A stretch of DNA of 64,000 bases from Antedon mediterranea (Eukaryota > Animalia > Echinodermata), in assembly GCF_964355755.1 (NCBI RefSeq), contig NC_092670.1, positions 35,142,388 through 35,206,387 of the forward strand. The letters are read 5' to 3'. The translations under genes were made by a program, and so were the position numbers. The notes beneath the pieces are model-generated. The model did no database searches. It saw only the letters and a list, made by a program, of their open reading frames with translations, and was not told the origin of the DNA. Every line of letters begins with the position of its first letter. Within the stretch, counting starts at the first letter, position 1. Positions 37,901-49,411 of the stretch are shown here, in pieces.

Positions 37901-40900
37901 GCCCGCGCATATACAAAAAAAAGTTACAAAGGTTCACATATTTATATTAACGATTTTTTTTTTTAATTTACGAATTAAGTAATAAAAATAATTAAATACC
38001 GCTCGGCTTATCAATGATGGAGGCATAAAAATTGGGGCGTAGGGTACCATTTTACCAGGGAGAAGTAAAATAATTATTTAACAAACATTTAACTGGTTGG
38101 TTTTACTGCGTTCGCGTACAATTTATCATTTGGATTTTTTAAGTTGTAGGTTATGTTAAATTGTATTTATCAGTGACAACTCTAGGAAATTTACAGCAAT
38201 TAGTTCTGTATGCCTAAAATAGTAAAATGCTCTAAATAAAAACGTCGGAGCTTCTTTTTTGTATTTCTGGCTGTTGAATGTTTTGTTGGCTGCAGTAGCT
38301 ATATACTGCATATTCGATATATACAATTACAATATGCCTATAGCCTAGCTAGCTAGAAGTCATCGAATTTACTATCTACTTGGGCCTACTGTAACTAGGC
38401 CTACATCCCATTTTTTTTTTCTATGGTGAGTTAAAACCCGTAGCCAAAAAATCAACAATGATGATTGAAAATGAATGAAATCTGATCCATCCATGTGATG
38501 CATGCATGCAGCGCACATAACACAAGCACGTTTTGGGCAAATTTATTTGGATCATTCCATATATATAATAGGGAGCCACATGTATTCTACATTTTTATTA
38601 AATCGTAATTTATGGATTTTACTTACTCGTTTTAAATTTAATATACTGCGGGCCCAATTTAATATTTATTTATTTATTTCCAAGTACATTAATATTATTT
38701 AAAGCACTTTCAAATTAATAACAGCACATTTTGTGTGATTCACTTATTAATGGAACATACAAAAGGTAAAAAAATAGCAGAGGGGATAAACAAGGCAGAA
38801 CAGCCTGGGTGGGTTTTTATGCTTGCTAGAAAAACAACGTCTAGTAAAATACAGCACCAATTTTTTTCATTCGCGAAAACTATGAACTAAATCATCATAG
38901 GGAATTTAATGTACATATACCGACTGAAAAAAAAACAAATTGTACACTAATTATTGAAGTCAAGATGCTCCTGCCATCGTAAACGTATGCTATCGTCGTC
39001 TTGTAAAAAGAGGGACAGTCCCTTTTCGCTTGGTAATACGATGCAGTTTGTATACACGCGTCGTCGTATACGGATCGTATAATTAGGAAATTGTTTATAA
39101 AGGATCGTATACGGTTCGTATATGTTTATTATGCGGGCAGGAACTTCCGAATTGACGTATACGTTTCGTATACGAAGTGGACTTCCTATACGAAACATAT
39201 ACGAAACGTATGTAAATCGTATACGTTCGTATACGGTTTTTTTGCAAAGGGCATGGTCTTGATATGTAGGTTATTTTAGAAAATGTTTGCCATTTTAATT
39301 GATGTACTAATAAGGTAATGCTGAACCGGAACTTAATTGTTAGTTTATACTCTCCAAAAACCCAATGTCTAGAACATCATCTAAAATTAAATTTGTTAAT
39401 GTTCTAAATTGTTTTCTGAACTTTTTAAATTTATGCTGAAATGACTCTCTCATGACCAACATCATAATTATGTAATTAATATTCATAATTGTTATGAATA
39501 TTCATGGTATATGTTTGCACAGATCATCTTTATGTTATTAATTAATATGTCAATAATGTATACAGCTGCCATGTGACAATTGGTTATGGTTTAAACATAC
39601 CATGCTGTTAAATTATGATATACACTCATGCAGCTGTGTGATAAATTTTATGTAATTAATATTCATAATTGTTATGAATATTCATGGGATATGTTTGCAC
39701 AGATCATCTTTATGTTATTAATTAATATGTCATTAATAATGTGACAATTGGTTATGGTTTAAACATACCATGCTGTTAAATTATGATATACACTCGTACA
39801 GTTGTGTGACAACTGACATATTAAAGTAAGGGCGATTTGAACATTATTATGCCATTGACTAGTAGTAGCATGTAGTCACATTGACACAACATAACAAAAC
39901 ATTAATAATGTTAACTGAATAGAACATTAACAGGTGTCATCGCTATCGTGAATATGATGTTTAAATGCAAATTTGTATTAAGACTAAAACGATTTACATT
40001 TGCTCGCTGTTTTTTATAAAAATTACCAGTTTTCAAAATACATGGGCTATTAAAATATAAAGGAAACACCCTTCAAATCTCCTAAAAATCCTCATAATCT
40101 CTTCTAAATAAATACCATTTTATGGAAATCTTCAAATATTTATTGACCTAGATGAACTACTTGGTATTTAATAGAAGAATTGTTGAATGTGTGTGTCATA
40201 CAACGGCCACTATATAAGCCGTATTCATAGGAAATTCATGTGACATACAATTGCTCAAAGTTAAAATGTTAATACAATAAAATTACATAGAACAAAATTC
40301 TTAACTGATTAATTGACTTAACAACGGTTATTAAAATGTCTAATTGAGTACGGAATAAAAGAATTAAGGAAGCGTTTTGTTCTACAACGTGTAGCCCTCA
40401 AATGCCTTCCAGATCTCAACCATTGAAAATCATTATAGAGCGGATGACTCTCATCTTTTATTATGGCAATGACCTATCATAGATTTTGACGTTACAAACA
40501 TCATCAAATCTAATGATCTGTTTAGTTATTCTGCACGCTTTATTTACTAAGCATTGAACATTCTTTAGGTCTGATTTTCTAAAACTACTGAACCATATCA
40601 GACAACCATAAACTAAGACACTTTCCATTACCAACTTATTAAATAGACCTTATATTGTGTTGTCAACATTAAACGAGTTTAATTTTCTTAAAAAGTACAA
40701 TCTAGAGTTACCCTTAGACATGATCGTTTTACAATGTGCACCCCAATTAAGCTTGTTGTCGATTACCATTCCAAGATATTTATTTTTGGAAACAATATCA
40801 ATATCAACTTCATTGATTTTTACCTGAACATAATCCGGTTGATTAGAACAATTTCGGAAGTCAACAATCATTTCTTTAGTTTTACTTTTGTTAATAACTA

Positions 40901-43900
40901 AACGATTATCTACACACCATGTAATAAATGAATTCACTGAGTTTATATACAATGTCTCGTCATTCATATCAATTAAACCTAATAAGACTGTATCGTCGGC
41001 GTACTTAAAAAATAATGATGAGTAGATTTACAATGATTTTTATACAAAACATATGTTAATGGTGAGAGAACACAACCTTGTGGGAATCCGACATTAGTTA
41101 TTTGTTTATCCGAAAGAGTCCCCGATACTGACACGCTGTGTACTCTACTAATCCACGTTATAAGATAAGGATTTACGTTCATATCACTAAGTTTTATAAT
41201 TAGAATGCTTTGTTGAAATGTATTAAATGCAGAGGAAAAATCTACAAAAGTTGCTCCAACATAACAACTCAAATTATCAACATGACTCTGAATCAAATGG
41301 ATAAGTTTAAGAACAGCGTCACTTGTAATACAAATTGATGCATCCATCTTTCCCATTACGTTTTGTTTCTTAAATCAAACAGTTAGATATAATTCAAACA
41401 GATCAGTATATTTATATTGCAAAACAGTTATTTGATCTATTGCACTCAGTTACTTTGAAAATTAGTTTCTTATACACGATTTTCATGCTATGGAAGCCAT
41501 CTTGCAGAGATGACAAACAATTGTGAGCATAAAAAACAAAATAACATAGCATTTCAGGGGATTTTAGGACACCATGTAAATTAAAAAAATGTAAGATTGG
41601 CCTACATCATTCATCATTTACTGTCTAAAAATAAAATCGAAAAAAAAACCACCACAGTGTATAAGCATAGGCACCATTACTGCACCGCAAGAATAAATGG
41701 TGGTGATAAACGTGTGTATACAACATGAAGTAAGGTACCTTTCATATATTCTCATGGATAGGCAGACATAGTGTATTATGCATTTTTTAAATAAAAATTG
41801 TTCTAACCAATGTTGTGTTATATTTTTAGCCCCCAGCTTACTCTCCATACAGTGTACCAGTTATGATGTCACATGCACCACCCCAGTATATGGCCTCTCA
41901 ACCTCAGAGCTATGCATTCCATCAACCCTCTCCTGTAAGTAGACTTTTATCATAGACACATGATGTTATTTGCTATAGATCATAATTTAGCACTTATGGT
42001 ATGATTGATTGAAATATATATTTATACTGGGTAACCTCTTCAGTCAAGGACTGGTCTCCCAGAGGGCCCAGTTGGTGATCAGTGGCTGTGATGTACTAAT
42101 ACACCGGGGTAACCCCCTACTCGTCTCGAAAGATGTACTAGATGTGTACACTGGACCTACGGTTTATAGTCCTTATCCGAGAAGACTCGTTCTACCACCA
42201 GAACCATGGAGTGAGTGAGCGTCGAACCCCTGTTGATGTTATGGCTACGTAATTACGGTTCCAGTGTCTTAACCGCTCGGCCACCCACTCACTCTTATGA
42301 GTTATGATAGAAATTTGTCCAAGTTCATTAACATTATTTAGTGTCTGGGAAATTAATTATATCAGGTGTTAAATACATTGTATGTGTTCCCCTGATGATG
42401 GGAAACTTTCAGGAGGGTAGACGAAGAAGACTGTGGACAAAATATATGTCCCACTTGTCATGGTTTGTTTAATTAACGTCTCTACTTTTACGATTTTACG
42501 AATCCCATGTTTTACGTACGCCTTTCAATCCTGTACCGTACATAAAATGAAGGTTCTACTGTAGATTGTTATACACATACCATTTGCACATACATTTATA
42601 TACATGGTAGCAAAATATTAAAACTCCGTTTCCACTTGAACGCAACACAATAATGTAAATGTTCTGCAAATAATTTGACCAATCACAACGCGATGGATCA
42701 TCCCTATTGTGATTGGTCAACTCACTTTCGTTTGTGGCTTCATCATTGTGTTAGGTCCAAGTAAGAAAGTCAGGTTTGCAATTCATGCCCTTTCTCCCAG
42801 GAGTCTGTCTCCTAGTAATTGAAGATAGTTAAATTAAATGAACAAATGCTCTCTGTCTACACTATTAAACTAGTTTGACAAAAAAATGAGATATGCCCAT
42901 ATAAGGGTGTGAGTAAATATTAAATTTAACAACCTATCGTATGCAGATGATATGGTGCTTATATCGCCTTCTGCATCAGGGTTGCAACATCTAATTAAAA
43001 TTTCTGAATGCTTTGCGGCCAAAAATAATATTGTTTACAATGCTAAGAAATCATCTTGTATGATAATCTGTCCTAAGTCACGGAGGATTCAATTGAAACC
43101 TATTATTACGATTAATGGCAAAAGCTTAGAATATGTGGACTCAACCACATATCTTGGTCATGTTATATCCTTGGATTTATGTGATGAGTTTGATATAAAG
43201 CGGCAATACAGATCTTTGTGTATCCAAGCCAACTCCTTGGTCAGAAAATTTAGTATGTGTTCTATCAATGTGAAATGTGTTTTATTTAGAAAATATTGTG
43301 TAAATATGTATTGTGCTACATTATGGTGCAACTATAATCAAGGTACCTTGCGATCTCTCCAGGTATGCTACAATAATGGTTTAAGAATGTTGTTGCAAAG
43401 GCCTCGACATTGCAGTGCCAACCTCATGTTTACGGAATGTAGAATTCCCTCTTTTTATGAATTGTTAAGAATATTAATATGGCCTGATGTGTAGACTTAA
43501 TGCAAGCAAAAATATTTTAATCTCAACGATTATAAGCAATGTCTTAGCTAAGTCGAAGATGCTCTCCAGATGGAATGCCATCCTGAGATGAGCAGTAGTA
43601 ATTTTGTTTATTTTATTTATTTTATTTATATGTAATTTACTTTCTATGGACCAGAGTTTCTGAAATAAAAGATTGAATTAATGAATGAATGAATAAGGAC
43701 ACGATGTCATCACTACCATATTTGGGCACGTCACTCTTTTATTGTCAAACTTTTTGATAGTGTAGACACAGCCTAATACTGGTATTTACTTTACACCATG
43801 TTGTAGTTCTTCTTATATAACTAACTGTCTGCAACCTGACCAATTGTTTTTTTTTCTCTTGGCATCACAGACAACTCCACAGTGGACCACACCACCTCCC

Positions 43901-46900
43901 AACCAGTGGCGACCGTGGCTACTTCCGCAGGTACAGAACATAATTTAAAGCTTAGATATTTTCAAATATTTTAATAAGCGTCAAGCAGTAAGCTTGTTCC
44001 CATTTGTATTGTACACAACACAATAATATAAGCATAATGCAAGTGATTTGACCAATCACAATGTCATTGATCATCCAAGTGGTTACGTGTGATTGGTCAA
44101 CTCATTTGCGTTGTTGTGCCTACGTTCTTGTGTTGTATCTGTTGGAACCAAGCTTACTGTGGCATTACTTCAAACAAAAGTTTACTATAAAATGTTATAG
44201 TGAGTGAAAATTAATTTTTAATGAAACATTTATATTTGAATAGTCAACAGCTGGCTCAAATCCAGGCCATCACGGTTTACCCCTGCATATGTTCTCACCA
44301 GCCACACCTGGTTCTGATGTAATCTACTCTGCTGCCCCTCACTACCCCCAACCTGTTGAGGTTCAACAAGATATATCTGTTATGGACTCATCTCAATCAG
44401 AGGTGAGTGCTAAATTTATTTCATAATTGCAAGTCTACACAACAGTAGTTTCAAGTGGCAGACCCATGATTTTGAATGTGGATGTTGGAGGCTGAGGGAA
44501 AAGCCCTAGGACAGAAAAAATATATAATTATTTTGCATAATAATATTCTATATCTATGCGTTTCCATCTTGAATTCGGCCTATGGACAATTGTCCTTATC
44601 AGGGGTGGGTACTAAATATATTAGTTTGAAGGTGGATACAATATACTGCAGGGCGGTAAAATGGTTTTGTTTTACACTACCCTTGATAAGGTTAGGTTTT
44701 TATGCTGTGAAATTTTAAAGCATGACCCCTTCCCCCCTCCTTTGAAATATTTTATCAATTGGAGGTTGTAGTAATTTTGTGTGCGTTGTTCCCTAAGGGT
44801 AGTAGCACGCATTAATATTAAATATAATTTTTAAAAATTTTTCTAATTTGCTATTTAAATTTGTTATCATCACCATGGTACCATCATCATCTTTTGATAT
44901 TGATAGTGTTCGTACAAATCATTTTAACATGTTCTTTAGACTTATTTTACTTTTAATGATTTAATTGATTGCCATTTTGTTTGTTAAAGCTCTGTCTACA
45001 CTATCAAACTTTATGTGACAACAAAATGTGATGTGCCTAATTATATGGACATGATGTCATATTACTACCATATTTTGGCACATCACACTTTTTTTATCAA
45101 ACAAGTTTGATAGTGTAGACAGTGCTTTAGATTTAATTTATTACAAAACATGTTTTTTCTTTGTTATTCATTTGTATACACCGTATATGACCAAGTATAA
45201 TCCCATACTTGAGTAATCCGTTCAGTAATTTAGAATGACAAGTTTTACCTAAATTTTATACCCATGCCTTCTTGTATTACTTGTTCATATACGGTAATTA
45301 TATAAAATCACCACTTCTCTTATCCCATTAATCTTAAATGTTATGTATGTTTATATCGTGATTCATTTTTAATTATTTGTGTCAATATTTTGTGTTTGTT
45401 AACTTTTTGCTTGTCATTTCCTAATCTATTGGTATTGTTTTGCACAATTATTTTCTATTTCACCTTGATTATTTTTGTTTTTATCGGTTTCATTTTGGTT
45501 TTTTTTTCCTCATTATAAACATTTTTGCTTTGTCAGCCGTAGTAGAAAATTCATCATTGAAAATGTTGCATTTGTGCAAAATCTGAATTTAGACTTTTGG
45601 ACAAATCTTGCAGTCAAGTTTGGTTAAGAGGCACAGTTATTGATACATCTCCTATGTTATCCAAAATTGGGATAGTTTTTCGCACACTAGTTTATTGATA
45701 TTAAATTTTGATTTGATATTTTTATTTCAACGCTAAAACATCCTTGTTTATCAATAGCCAACTGATCATTGTACAAAACTGTCATTGCTTTGACTCAAAC
45801 TTATTAAAGCCGATTTTCCACTAAGCAAATTTGGACACGCGACTCGCAAGTGTATGCTTATTTATACACATGCTGCATACCCATGTTTCCATCTTCCAAA
45901 TCCAACTCTGTGATGAATTGTTCCTTGAGTTTTTCTATTCTATTTTGCGAAGTCAAAAATTGCATTACCAATCACAGCTCAGGAAATGAGCTATGACGTG
46001 TTCATGAATGGGAATCGAAAAGCTCAGCAGACACTCAATGAACATGAAAATCGCAGCTCTTTCATTTTGTAGTGGAAAGGTTAGCACTCTGTGAATTAAA
46101 TGTTGGATTCGAACAAAATTGCCTAGTGGAAAATTGGCTAACATCACTTTCTGGAGTTTATCTTTCACCTAGATACAATTACTGTAAATACTGTCAGATA
46201 CTATGTTTAAGTTTTGTGATATTTTTAATTTGTTTTACTTACTCTGGTGTAAGACACAACAAAAGATCTGATGTATTGTAATTGCGCTAGGTGGAAGTGG
46301 GCAGATGTCAGCCACCTACAAAGTCTTCCATGCAGCCTAAAGGTTATTTTAAGGTCTTCCACCAATTTTAATACTCAAGGACATAGATCGAATAGGTTTT
46401 CTGCAAGCCAGCGTACGGCGCAATTGTCTGGACTTCAGTTTGTGGAGCTAAAGCCCTGGGTTAGTTTATGTGTATTTAGGAAATAGGTTGGCTATTTAAG
46501 AAGTAGATCTCATGAATTATTTATGATTTCTTCTGGAGAGGTCGAGAAATAAAAATTACACACCCTGCCACCCTGTAAAATGATTATTATTATATTATTA
46601 TTTTTAGTAATTTAATATTATGCAAAACTGTATCATTATGTGTTATTCTTCTCTTCTTTCCTCTTTCACTTCCTTCTGCTGCTTCTCAGCACCACCAAAG
46701 ATTTGCTTTGATGTCATCTAATGGAACTCTCACCAGGGTGCCCTAATGACGATGGATCAAAGCTATCGTCACTATTCCAGTCAGCAACAACTGCATCATC
46801 AACATCCGGCCATCTACAATCGACCTTTTGTGCCAGAGATGGTGTACACTGGTGATCCGAACATGCCAGTTGTTCCAGGCTATCCACCAATAAAGTTTGC

Positions 46901-47012
46901 ACCAAAGAGAGCCATCAAGACTTCCAGACAAGAGCGCACTGCAAAGACCCTTCGTACTACCTTTAATGTAGGCCCACAGGCCATTGGTTGTAATGAGGAA
47001 GATGGCCTGTAA
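25970..47012 (+). CDS. BOLL: Boule (DAZ-family RRM RNA-binding protein), full gene; exons 25970-25990, 30596-30706, 31460-31551, 32005-32062, 32738-32797, 33112-33136, 33716-33876, 41830-41934, 43871-43930, 44244-44402, then 46737-47012 (or 46690-46746)
   Basis: Spliced protein reads APKYGTVIPNRIFVGGISFQTNDVELKNFFSTYGQVKEAKIITDRAGISKGYGFITFE...KDKKLNIGPAIRKQ...YTYLNGVAYF, the Boule-type RRM (RNP2 RIFVGG, RNP1 KGYGFITF). All introns are GT-AG and the frame is continuous. Confidence 0.93.
27530..27600 (-). tRNA. tRNA-Val(AAC)-like pseudogene, second cargo copy
   Basis: Reverse complement GGTTTCGTAGTGTAGTGGTTGTCAAGTCTGCTTAACACGCAGAAGGAACCGGTTCGAGCCCTGGCAAAACC; T-arm and acceptor mismatches. Confidence 0.7.
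27816..27887 (-). tRNA. tRNA-Val(AAC)-like pseudogene, inside a HINE-like element
   Basis: Reverse complement GGCTTCTTGGCGTAGTGGTTATCACGTTTGCTTAACACGCAGAAGGTACCTGGTTCGAGCCCGGGCGAAACC followed by T7. Confidence 0.72.
29497..30352. mobile_element. Tc1/mariner (pogo-like) non-autonomous element
   Basis: Perfect 27-bp TIR CCGTATATTTCGGTGTATAAGTCGCAC, TA TSD on both sides, subterminal TGTATAAGACGCAC repeats. Confidence 0.9.
30596..30706 (+). CDS. BOLL: BOULE exon (SPVPL...YGTVIPNRIFVGGISFQ)
   Basis: Acceptor TTTTAAAG, donor CAA|GTAAGT, 37 codons. Confidence 0.93.
30753..30991 (-). mobile_element. Penelope-like mini-insertion with inverted arms and a 13-bp direct flank
   Basis: CTTAAAATAAGTC at 30740-30752 and 30992-31004; about 65-bp inverted repeat 30778-30843 / 30929-30993; contains the hammerhead. 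Confidence 0.7.
30837..30875 (-). ncRNA. Minimal type I hammerhead ribozyme in a small inverted-repeat insertion
   Basis: TGTT CTGATGA T GAGAA-TAGT-TTCTC GAAA CATG TC ACA: intact core, GUC cleavage triplet, palindromic ACATGT stem III, weak stem I. Confidence 0.68.
31460..31551 (+). CDS. BOLL: BOULE RRM exon
   Basis: TNDVELKNFFSTYGQVKEAKIITDRAGISKG; 92 nt, CAG acceptor, GTAGGT donor. Confidence 0.95.
32005..32062 (+). CDS. BOLL: BOULE RRM exon (RNP1)
   Basis: YGFITFENPEEAVRIIKEQ; TTAG acceptor, GTGAAA donor. Confidence 0.93.
32738..32797 (+). CDS. BOLL: BOULE exon (end of RRM)
   Basis: GNNLIFKDKKLNIGPAIRKQ; CCAG acceptor, GTAAGA donor. Confidence 0.93.
33112..33136 (+). CDS. BOLL: BOULE 25-nt microexon
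   Basis: TTTTGCAG|PVHYPKNV+G|GTAAGC; needed to bridge phase 0 to the phase 1 exon at 33716. Confidence 0.8.
33716..33876 (+). CDS. BOLL: BOULE exon (GFTYTYLNGVAYF motif)
   Basis: Resembles vertebrate GYPYTYHNGVAYF as recalled; TTTAG acceptor, GTACAG donor. Confidence 0.9.
34056..35378. mobile_element. TIR element in BOULE intron 7
   Basis: GAAACTTTCCCTCTTACC / GGTAAGAGGGAAAGTTTC and subterminal AACCAGGTTTTGCCTGA / TCAGGCAAAACCTGGTT. Confidence 0.65.
36261..39251. mobile_element. About 3-kb CMC/EnSpm-like non-autonomous element
   Basis: TIRs CCCTTTGCAAAAAAGCCGTATACG / CGTATACGGTTTTTTTGCAAAGGG; many subterminal TATACG/CGTATA motifs at both ends; TSD unclear. Confidence 0.75.
39458..39810. 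repeat. Local tandem duplication, 180-bp period
   Basis: ATTCATAATTGTTATGAATATTCATGG at 39481 and 39661. Confidence 0.85.
40290..41340 (-). mobile_element. Decayed non-LTR retrotransposon RT fragment (Rex1/Babar-like)
   Basis: FVDFSSAFNT, GFPQGCVLSP, frameshifted KYADDT, KTKEMIVDFR, KYLGMVIDNKLNW, RLYFLRKL; stops and frameshifts. Confidence 0.85.
41830..41934 (+). CDS. BOLL: BOULE exon (P/Q/Y-rich, DAZ-like)
   Basis: PPAYSPYSVPVMMSHAPPQYMASQPQSYAFHQPSP; TTTTTAG acceptor, GTAAGT donor, 105 nt. Confidence 0.85.
42020..42293 (-). mobile_element. Same SINE family, internally deleted copy
   Basis: Reverse complement of the 16803 copy. Confidence 0.8.
42907..43692 (+). mobile_element. 5'-truncated LINE (RTE-X-like RT C-terminus) inserted into a MITE
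   Basis: NNLSYADDMVLISPSASGLQ...DIKRQYRSL...RKFSMCS...LWCNY; frameshift near 43475; AATAAA plus (TGAA)n tail; ATAAGG direct repeat at 42901-42906 and 43693-43698. Confidence 0.85.
43871..43930 (+). CDS. BOLL: BOULE exon
   Basis: TTPQWTTPPPNQWRPWLLPQ; long T-tract with CACAG acceptor, GTACAG donor. Confidence 0.82.
44244..44402 (+). CDS. BOLL: BOULE exon
   Basis: STAGSNPG...SDVIYSAAPHYPQPVEVQQD..., similar to vertebrate SEVIYQPVEIAQD; TAG acceptor, GTGAGT donor. Confidence 0.85.
46737..47012 (+). CDS. BOLL: BOULE probable terminal coding exon (long form)
   Basis: CTCTCACCAG|GALMTMDQSYRHYSSQQQLHHQHPAIY...EEDGL*; composition matches the rest of the Boule C-terminus. An alternative acceptor lies at 46690. 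Confidence 0.65.
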   Translation, partial: GALMTMDQSYRHYSSQQQLHHQHPAIYNRPFVPEMVYTGDPNMPVVPGYPPIKFAPKRAIKTSRQERTAKTLRTTFNVGPQAIGCNEEDGL

Positions 47013-47490
47013 GTTACAGTGTAAGCTGTTGAAAGTTCTGGTACAGTAGAGATATTTGAAACTGAATGTTGTCGTTTTGAGACATTCTTCATTGTAACTG
47101 ATTCTCTACTGAAGGGTAAGGGTTCTGCTTTATAATTTTGATGTACTTTGCTTTGCGTATTAGGCCTTCAGTTAAGAACAGCTTAAGACTTAAGTTGTTG
47201 CTACTTAATGGTTAAGTCAATGTCTTATTTGAGTATTGGTGAGATAGTGGTTTAAATATATATTCTTTTATCAATGACAACAGAGCAAACTATAAGCTTG
47301 ATCTACTGTAAACAAAAATTTGTCTAGACAAAAATTGGGTTTTTTATAAACTTGTTTTTGTGTGTCCTCTTTTTTAAAGATAATTTTAGAGTACAGGTCA
47401 TTTGGCAAGGCTGTCACATATAACCTGTTGATATAGTTTGAGTTGGTGGAGTGCGTATGGTAGAAATGAGTGTTTTCCTTCTTAGCCTAT

Positions 47491-49411
47491 TAGTACAGGA
47501 AAACTATGAAATATGGCTGAAAAAATTTATTTCACCACAATGCATTTCTATAAGGTCCCTACAGTATATGAACATATTGAGAGAGCCATTATATACCAAT
47601 AGATAAAAGTTTTGGTCCTCTCTCCTTCATCTTTTTTTTGTGTAATGTATTATACCATATGGACAATTGTCTGAAATAAAAATTGAATTGAATATTAAAA
47701 TTCTAGAAAAATCCAGGTAGGGGAAATAGGTTTTTTTAAACAAAATGGCCGCCAATGCCGAAAATGCCTAAAAAGGACAAAAAAACATAAATGATAGATC
47801 TAATTACCACTTAACAGTTTTTACAATGCTTTATATACACATTATTAGAAATGCTGTTAATTAGAAAATGGCCGCAAAATCTAGATATATCTCTATGTTA
47901 TAATATATAAAAACGCAGTCCTATGCTTAATGCATAGTTCATTTACAATTTTACTGTTATAACAATATATTACAACATTGGTGGTGCCAGCGGGGAGAGG
48001 TAAAGGAATGAGAGATCATATGGGAAGGGTGAGAGGAATCTGTCCGGCTCCCATCCCCTCTCCCCAACGTGAAGGATTGGCTATGTTCGGGACTATATGT
48101 AGACAATATGATATTTCCTAATATAAAACAATCATTGAGTGCTCTTTCAAGGATTTTCATTTTAAAAGTGACTAAAACTACCCCTTACTGGTATAATTTT
48201 GTCTATTTACTTTTACTACCAGCACTAGAGAAACTATTAAAGTTAATTAGATGTACCTGTAAATAAGGCTGTAGTAAAATGAATTGCAGTTGCAGAAAAC
48301 GGCTGCTCCACTACTGACAAGATGAAAGTGAAATTAACGTATTTATTTGAATAAATGCCCTTGGTGGTTCATTGTTAAGGAGGGTAGTGGGGGAATGTAA
48401 TTGTCGTGAGGAGTTTATTCGGAGAGGCGTCGTGCCATCTGTAAATTTTCATCCTCAGTCTTTGGGTTGAAGAGTATTTCGTATCCACTGCTATACCTGG
48501 TAATAAAGACTCGCGAAATGAAATTTTGCAGCATTTTAAGGGATTAGTTTTTTTTAAACTGACATTTTGCTTTTTGCAACTTTCTCACAGAAAAGTAGGC
48601 TGTCTAAAGTCTCCATTGACTTCCCTCCATCTATAGCTACCAATGCCAAATTCCTCTGATGTAATGTTTTCTTCGTTTTTTTTAGAAACTGTTTGGTTTA
48701 CAGAATTTGACATACTACTCCAACTGTGATGTGATGATTTTTAATACCTACACCTTTCCCTAAACCAAAGTTACTTACGGCCCATAATTATAGCCATTAA
48801 ACACAAGAGTTTACTTTGCCTTCACATAATGGAACAAACATACATGGTACATAATAAATGTCTTGAAATGTTGCTGTTTCGGGCCAAGAGGTTTGATGTA
48901 GCAGCGCTTCCCCATATATAACATACAGTGGGCAGTGAGATGAAGGTTTCTGAGTAGTCTAGCAGTGTGTATGGAGTCAATGGAGTAAAAGAGGGCTGCA
49001 GGAAAAGTACAAGGTTCAACAATTGATGCATTGTGTATGACTGTCTCTCCTAGCCATCAATGATGAAATAGTATATGTGAGGAAATGTGCACTGCTTCTC
49101 TATTGATAAATATAGCTGATTTTGACTCTGTGTAATAATTGTTGAAATGGTTGACACTAAAGAAATACAAAAAAGATTATAAAAACTGCTATCAAATGGT
49201 AATTAGATATACAATATATGTTTTTTGTTCATTTTTCACCATTGGCGGCCCTTTTGTTTAAAAAAAACCTATTTCCCTTACCTGGATTTTTCTAGACTTT
49301 TAATAATGTTCATATAGGGACCTTACAGAAATGCATTGTGGTGAAAACAATTCTGTTGCAATTTTTTCAACCTTTTATTTTACTAATTCTGAGCATATCT
49401 TTCCTGTACTA
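47491..49411. mobile_element. Long-TIR element (Academ-like) downstream of the BOULE stop
   Basis: Termini TAGTACAGGAAA / TTTCCTGTACTA; inverted homology of about 200 bp (e.g. TCTAGAAAAATCCAGGTAGGGGAAATAGG...GGCCGCCAATG); 3-bp TAT flanks. Confidence 0.72.

Noticed and set aside
42385-42420. Third hammerhead candidate CTGATGATGGGAAAC
   Set aside because: No stem II can form between CTGATGA and GAAA; at best a decayed remnant
46714-47092. Minus-strand ORFs over the BOULE last exon, and plus-strand ORFs over the C1q gene
   Set aside because: Antisense shadows with no independent support
48686-48730. Possible BOULE last exon reading TVWF, like the vertebrate ending KTVWSIHY
   Set aside because: It lies inside the long-TIR element, and the only donor giving that frame (47116) is downstream of two in-frame stops; a 3-residue match is expected by chance
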